Origin: an uncultured Acidobacteriota bacterium
GTDB taxonomy: Bacteria > Acidobacteriota > UBA6911
NCBI GenBank assembly: GCA_963843575.1
Contig: CAWJKZ010000014.1
Location: forward strand, 608,001 to 672,000
Reading direction: 5' to 3'
Length of the DNA: 64,000 bases
Shown: positions 58,949 through 64,000 of the stretch, in pieces
How the letters are laid out: every line of letters starts with the position of its first letter
Position numbering within the stretch: the first letter of the stretch is position 1
Made by a program: the position numbers and the translations under genes
Notes under the pieces: model-generated
Seen by the model: the letters and a program-made list of their open reading frames with translations, nothing else
Database searches by the model: none
What the model was told of the DNA's origin: nothing

Positions 58949-60020
58949 CTACTTCCCCCAGGCGGCGCGTGCTTTGTAAATGTATGCGAGGATTTCGGCT
59001 ACGGCTTTGTACAGGCTGGCGGGAATGGTGGCCCCGACTTCGACGGTCTTGTACAGCGTCTGGGCGAGAGGTCTGTTCTCGACGGTAGGAATGTCGTGTT
59101 CACGTGCCAACTCTTTTATCTTGAGCGCCAAAAAGCCGACACCCTTCGCGACGACTTTCGGAGCTTCCATCGAGTCCATCTTGTAGGACAGCGCAACGGC
59201 GTAATGCGTGGGGTTGGTGATGACCACATCGGCCTTCGGCACCTCCGCCATCATTCTCTTCCGCGCCATGTCGCGCTGGATGCGGCGTATCCGGCCCTTC
59301 GTCAGCGGATCCCCTTCCATCTCTTTGAATTCTTCCTTGACCTCCTGCTTGGTCATCTTCAGCTGTTCCAGGAATCGATACTTCTCGAAGGCGTAGTCGA
59401 GCCCCGCAAGTATCACGAGAAAAACCGCCACCCGGAACAACAGTTCGTAGCTGATCACGCCAGTCCAGTGCATCAACTGGCGCACGTCCATCAGGACCAG
59501 GCGTGGGAAGAGCGTCAGATGTTGTGAGATCACTTGATAACTAATTGCCGACACTATTGCCAACACAAAGAGGCTCTTCACGAGCTGGACCGTTCCGTGT
59601 TTTGAAAAGACGCGCGACAGTCCGTTGCTTGGGTTGAGCTTCTCGAAACGGAATCCCAGGGCGTGTGCCGACAGGGTGAGCCCGCCTCCCTGCACGACAT
59701 TAGAGAGCACGCTGATGACGAGCGCCGCCCCCATCAGCGGCGCGGTGGCCAACGCCACCCGGGTCATGATCTGGCGTCCCAGGCCGTTGAGAAAGGAGAC
59801 GGAGAGCTCCGGCGGAACCCTCAGGCGCAGCACGTTCTGCATTTCCATCCCCAGGGTACCCATCAGGGACTGCGCCGAGTAAGAAAGGACCATGAGCCCG
59901 CCGAGCAGGACGAGGGCGGCGGGCACTTCCTTGCTCCGCGCCACCTGCCCCTTCTCACGGGCTTTCTGAAGCCTCCGTCTGTGTCGGCCTTTCGGTCTTG
60001 TTGTCTTTGCCGCCCGGCAT
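58949..60020 (-). CDS. flhB: Export gate protein FlhB (frameshift near 59980)
   Basis: KTERPT / RRLQKAREKGQVARSKE, KMTKQEVK, NPTH autocleavage motif. Confidence 0.93.
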
Positions 60021-60026
60021 GGGCTC

Positions 60027-60806
60027 CTATGCCATCTTTTGCACCAGGCCCAACAACTCGCGAAACAGCTTCGCGTAGTGCTCGCCCAGGAGTTGAGGCA
60101 GGAAATAGAAGGACAGGCTGAGACAGAAGAAACCGACCAGCAGTTTGGCGGGCATCCCCACGATTAGGATGTTGATCTGCGGGGCCACCCTGCCGATGAT
60201 CCCGAGCACGATGTCGGTAAGGACCGTAACGGCGATCACCGGGCTCGCAATCTGCACCCCCACCGACAACACTTGAGAGGAAAGTCGCAGGACTTCGGCC
60301 ACCAGTGGCCCGTGCAGCTTCAGCCCGGTGACCGGGACGTAACGGAAGCTGTCGCTGACCGCCATGAAAAACCAGTGATGCCCGTTGATCAGCAGGAACA
60401 GGACGAGCCCTATGAAGTTCTCCAGGAACGAGATCACCGACATCTCGACCTCGCTCTGCGGGTCGATGAGGTTGATGATCGAAAACCCCAGCTGGAAGGC
60501 GATGATCTGGCCAGCCAGCTGCATGGCCGCAAAGATAAACAGGGCGGACAACCCCAGCACCAGCCCGAAAACCGCCTCCCCCGCAGCCATGCCGATCATG
60601 GAAACTGGTGTGAGCTCCGCCGGCAGGCGCCCGAGCGGCAGGGCGGGAACGAGAGCCACGGTCGCAACCAGCGTCAGCACGACCCTCACCTGGTACGGGA
60701 TCGAGTAGCTGCTGAAGAAAGGAGCGAAGACCATGATGCCCGCCACCCTGAACAGGACGACGGCAAAACGCACGATCTCTGCATTGGAAAAGAAAATGGG
60801 TTCCAT
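60027..60806 (-). CDS. fliR: FliR
   Basis: RVAG..APFF, AGQII..QLG, NGH, RVAPQINI. Confidence 0.93.
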   Translation of the reverse strand: MEPIFFSNAEIVRFAVVLFRVAGIMVFAPFFSSYSIPYQVRVVLTLVATVALVPALPLGRLPAELTPVSMIGMAAGEAVFGLVLGLSALFIFAAMQLAGQIIAFQLGFSIINLIDPQSEVEMSVISFLENFIGLVLFLLINGHHWFFMAVSDSFRYVPVTGLKLHGPLVAEVLRLSSQVLSVGVQIASPVIAVTVLTDIVLGIIGRVAPQINILIVGMPAKLLVGFFCLSLSFYFLPQLLGEHYAKLFRELLGLVQKMA

Positions 60807-60834
60807 ACCGCCGCACCCGGGGAGCGGGCCGTGC

Positions 60835-61104
60835 CTAGTGCGCGAAGCGCTCGAGGTGGCCCAGCAGCCCTGTGGTGAATGACGTCATGATGCTCATGGC
60901 CCAGGGGAACAGGAGGAGAAACGCCAGAAATACTGCGATCACACGCGGCACGAACGACAGCGTCATGTCCTGGATTGAAGTGACCACCTGGGCGATGCTG
61001 ACGAACAGCCCGATCACCAGGGACACCATGAGCAGAGGCCCGCTCACCATAAGGGTGATCTGCAGGGTATCCCTGGCCAGCTTCAAAACGATGTCCTGCG
61101 ACAT
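60835..61104 (-). CDS. fliQ: FliQ
   Basis: GLFVSIAQVVTSIQDMTLSFVPR. Confidence 0.93.
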   Translation of the reverse strand: MSQDIVLKLARDTLQITLMVSGPLLMVSLVIGLFVSIAQVVTSIQDMTLSFVPRVIAVFLAFLLLFPWAMSIMTSFTTGLLGHLERFAH

Positions 61105-61353
61105 GCGGCGCCTCCTCCAACAGCGTTCTTGAAACACCTGAGTGAATCTCGCGTCATGTTTTTAAACCCTGGAGACCCTGGGCACCTGGATTGCCCCCTG
61201 CCGGGCCCGCGGCGGACCGGCGGCGTATCACAGCCGAACAGATGCCGGCCGGCCAGCAATGCGCCAAACGAGGCCGCGCGTTGCACCGTGTCGCGCGGGC
61301 ATCGCGCCTCGCTCTTGGAAGCCTGCAGATGCCACTGCTGCCGTCCTATACCC

Positions 61354-62103
61354 TTAGAAAAAGCTCCGGACCAGCGACCCGACGACAAGATTCCAGCCGT
61401 CGACGAGGACAAACAGCAGGATCTTGAACGGAGTTGAGACCACTACGGGGGGCAGCTGCATCATCCCCATGGATAGGAGCACGGCGGCCACGACCATGTC
61501 GATCACCAGGAAAGGGATGAACAGCACAAACCCGATTTGAAACGCCGTCTTCAGCTCGGAGATCATGTAGCTTGGGATCACCACCCGCATCGGCAGGTCC
61601 CGGGCATTCTGCGGTTTCGGGATCTTCGCGATGTTCATGAAAAGCGCCAGGTCCTTCTCGCGTGTGTAGCGCAGCATGAACTGGCGCATCGGCCCGCTCG
61701 CCAGGTCCAGCGCCTGCATCTCGGTTACTTTCCCGCTCAGCATCGGCTGGAGAGCCTCCTGGTTGATGCGCTCGCCCACGGGCTGCATGATGAAGTAGGT
61801 CAGGAACAGCGACAGCCCGATCAGCACCTGGTTGGGCGGCATGGTCTGCGTCCCGAGCGCCTGGCGCAGAAAGTGGGAGACAATGATGAGGCGGGTGAAG
61901 GAGGTCACCGACACGAGCAGAGCGGGCAACAGCGCCAGCACCGTCATCAAAACCAGGATCTGAACGGGCAGACTGAGCCCCCCCTCGTTCCCGGAGCCTC
62001 CGCCGACGCGCAGTTCGATACCGGAAAAACTCTTCTCCGCCGGTGCCGCAGAGGCGGCCGAGGCAAGGGCAAGGATGATCAGGAGCAGGGCTGCGGCTCG
62101 CAT
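61354..62103 (-). CDS. fliP: FliP
   Basis: TSFTR, PPNQ, SELKTAFQIGF, DGW. Confidence 0.95.
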   Translation of the reverse strand: MRAAALLLIILALASAASAAPAEKSFSGIELRVGGGSGNEGGLSLPVQILVLMTVLALLPALLVSVTSFTRLIIVSHFLRQALGTQTMPPNQVLIGLSLFLTYFIMQPVGERINQEALQPMLSGKVTEMQALDLASGPMRQFMLRYTREKDLALFMNIAKIPKPQNARDLPMRVVIPSYMISELKTAFQIGFVLFIPFLVIDMVVAAVLLSMGMMQLPPVVVSTPFKILLFVLVDGWNLVVGSLVRSFF

Positions 62104-62125
62104 GGATGATCCGGGCATGATGGCG

Positions 62126-63070
62126 TTACTGCTCCAGGCTTTCCCGCAGCTGCCGCATCTTGGCGCGCACGTCCGGCGGAAGGGTCTTGGGCCTCGCCTC
62201 ATTTCTCACGGTCGGGGCCTTCTCGATTTGGTAGATGTTGCGGAAGCGGTCGACCGCCGGCTTGGGGCGCGGAGCCACGGGTTGCTCTGAGGCCGCCTGC
62301 GCCCTGGAATCCTCCTCGACAGACAGCGGACCACGCAGCGCGGCTAGCAGCGTGATCTGGCCGGCCGTGTTGCCGATCAGAAAACGCTTGTCTTCCACCT
62401 GGATGACCGAGATGCTGCGCTTGTCGCCCATGGGGATGGTCTCCAGTACCTTGAGGCTCTTTTCCTGCGCCGCCTTCCTGAAGAGCTGCGGGGCAAACTT
62501 GCGGGTGCCGAAGACCGTCGCCCACATGAGGGCGACGACGATGCCGAACCCTCCGAGCACTCTGGTCAACGGGAAGTCTGCCGCCAGGCTGGGGATTTCT
62601 GCGGGCGCGGCCACCGGCGGCGGCACCACAGGAGCAGCAGGGGTGGCGGCCGGCGCTTCGGCTCCCGGGGGGGCGGCGGGTTGAGGCGCCTGCGCCCTCG
62701 ACGAGGCGGACTGACTGGTGCCAGCCTCCGGATCCGTCTCCTGCCCCGGAAGAGCCTGCGGCGCGATCGGCGGCGACAACGGCTCTGCCGCCACGGGCTG
62801 GGGGACCACCACGGCCGGCGTGGCGCTCTTTGTCCGGATATGCCGTCTCGGGGACGCCGTTTTGGGAGTCTGGGCGGCGGCCGGAGCAGGCACCGCCACC
62901 GCCGATCCCGGCGCCGTGGTTCTCGCCGCCTCGACGGCCGGCACCTCTTCCGAAGCCGCCGGACCCTGGTTTGAAATCAACGCTCCCGGCCGCGCGCCGG
63001 AGTCGAGACCCCAGGCACCGCAGACGAACAGTGCACACGCGGCAAGAGGCGGCATCAGCGACTTCTTCAT
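62126..63070 (-). CDS. fliO: FliO with long Pro/Ala-rich N-terminal extension
   Basis: TM followed by LKVLETIPMGDKRSISVIQVEDKRFLIG..ITLL; N-terminal signal peptide. Confidence 0.8.
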   Translation of the reverse strand: MKKSLMPPLAACALFVCGAWGLDSGARPGALISNQGPAASEEVPAVEAARTTAPGSAVAVPAPAAAQTPKTASPRRHIRTKSATPAVVVPQPVAAEPLSPPIAPQALPGQETDPEAGTSQSASSRAQAPQPAAPPGAEAPAATPAAPVVPPPVAAPAEIPSLAADFPLTRVLGGFGIVVALMWATVFGTRKFAPQLFRKAAQEKSLKVLETIPMGDKRSISVIQVEDKRFLIGNTAGQITLLAALRGPLSVEEDSRAQAASEQPVAPRPKPAVDRFRNIYQIEKAPTVRNEARPKTLPPDVRAKMRQLRESLEQ

Positions 63071-63081
63071 GGGATTCTCCA

Positions 63082-63366
63082 TTATGCTTTTGTGTGGAGA
63101 TCAGTGAGGCGGATCCCCGTCCTGGCTTCCATCTCGAGCACCTCGCCGTAAGCCACCAGCTTCCCGCTGATGTAGACGTCGAGGTTTTCACCCGCGGACT
63201 TCGGCAAATCGAGGATGGAGTTTGGCTTCAACTGGAGGATTTCGCGCACCTTCATACTCCGGCGCCCCAGCTCGATCGTGACTTTGAGGGGCACGTCGAA
63301 CAGGTGCTGAATCTCTTCGGTGTGTCGTTGTGCGTCGCTTTCGTGCTGCGCGCTGGAATCGGGCAT
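63082..63366 (-). CDS. fliN: FliN (copy 2)
   Basis: DVPLKVTIELG, AGENL, AYGEV, GIRL. Confidence 0.9.
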   Translation of the reverse strand: MPDSSAQHESDAQRHTEEIQHLFDVPLKVTIELGRRSMKVREILQLKPNSILDLPKSAGENLDVYISGKLVAYGEVLEMEARTGIRLTDLHTKA

Positions 63367-63394
63367 GGTGAACTCCGGAATAGGCAGGAGACCG

Positions 63395-63901
63395 CTACAT
63401 CTGGACCACGAAGTCGACGATATAAACCTCGCCGATCTTCCCTTTTGGCAACACGGCGTTGACCCTGGTGCGCACTTCCTCTCGCAGCCGGTTCTTTCCC
63501 TCGGCCGTCATGACCTGGTCTGCCGTCTTGCTGCTGAGCAGCGAGATGATGGTGTCCCGCGTGGCGGCGAGCACTACCGGATCCCCCGCCAGTTCCTCCC
63601 CCAGCTTTGCCTCGGCGAGGCCAAGCCGGAAGGTGACTTTGAGGAAACGGGGGTTGTCCGGATCCGCGAGGTTGACCAAGAACGGATCGAGGTTCAAGGT
63701 GGATTTCATCTCGAGCTTGCCGCTCGATTCGGGTTTGGCTGCGGCACCGGTGGCGGCCGCGGGCCCTCCTCGCGAGTGCTTGAAGTAGCGCCAGCTGGCG
63801 TAGCCGCCGCCGCTGGCCAGCACAACGGCGGCGCCGACGACCATCAGCAGCTTTCGTGATTTGGGCTTCTGCGGTTCAGTATCGGTCTTGGACTCGACCA
63901 T
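63395..63901 (-). CDS. fliL: FliL
   Basis: TM, FLVNLAD..RFLK, RD, EGK, YIVDFVVQ. Confidence 0.93.
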   Translation of the reverse strand: MVESKTDTEPQKPKSRKLLMVVGAAVVLASGGGYASWRYFKHSRGGPAAATGAAAKPESSGKLEMKSTLNLDPFLVNLADPDNPRFLKVTFRLGLAEAKLGEELAGDPVVLAATRDTIISLLSSKTADQVMTAEGKNRLREEVRTRVNAVLPKGKIGEVYIVDFVVQM

Positions 63902-63938
63902 GGCCGTCTCCTGTCACGGGTGGACTCACAGCAGCAAA

Positions 63939-63954
63939 TGCAAAACACATGCCA
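63939..63954 (-). promoter_or_regulatory. Sigma54 promoter of the fliL operon
   Basis: Minus strand TGGCAT-GTGTT-TTGCA. Confidence 0.8.
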
Positions 63955-64000
63955 TGAGTCCCCCTGCCGGGCGTCGGCCGTGGCCGTGCGTAAATGCGGG

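Noticed and set aside
44550-60020. Programmed frameshifting or phase variation of flagellar genes
   Set aside because: Break sites lack long homopolymer tracts or slippery heptamers, and the shifts go in both directions.
1-64000. CRISPR arrays, tRNA/rRNA genes, transposase/integrase or prophage genes
   Set aside because: No regularly spaced repeats, cloverleaf or rRNA signatures, or recombinase ORFs were seen by eye; tRNAscan/Infernal would be needed to exclude small RNAs formally.

Overview
This is a GC-rich bacterial chromosomal window, most consistent with Acidobacteriota (VWFA-related gene, Oar-like TonB-type receptor, mglAB; this is inference). The left ~27 kb is housekeeping and signalling. 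It carries a secreted DUF4412-like protein, an acyl-AMP ligase/ACP/acyltransferase fusion, an orphan UpxY/NusG paralog, Sua5, a SEX4/LSF2-like phosphatase, TerC, an APC permease and mglBA. It also carries glmU with a Cys-rich partner, a TonB-type receptor, lepB, a B12 radical SAM, a VWA protein and a MinD/FlhG-like ATPase-HD-GYP-GNAT operon. The right ~37 kb is part of a large flagellar cluster: motAB/flbD, a nonulosonic-acid-type glycosylation operon, two short flagellins, fliDS, csrA-fliW, flgLKNM, flgJ(M23)IHAGF, fliNM, fliA, flhGFAB and fliRQPONL. Readable sigma54 and sigma28 promoters and CsrA-type hairpins are present. About 13 single-base frameshifts look like long-read indel errors. 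The best novel-system candidate is a polarity/c-di-GMP module beside the flagellar cluster: MglA/MglB, a second FlhG/MinD-like ATPase with a C-terminal domain that appears RomY-like (MglB co-GAP; recalled similarity, unverified), an HD-GYP response regulator, and an ATPase-less Zn-finger/MshEN protein inside the flagellar operon. No tRNA, rRNA or CRISPR array was seen.
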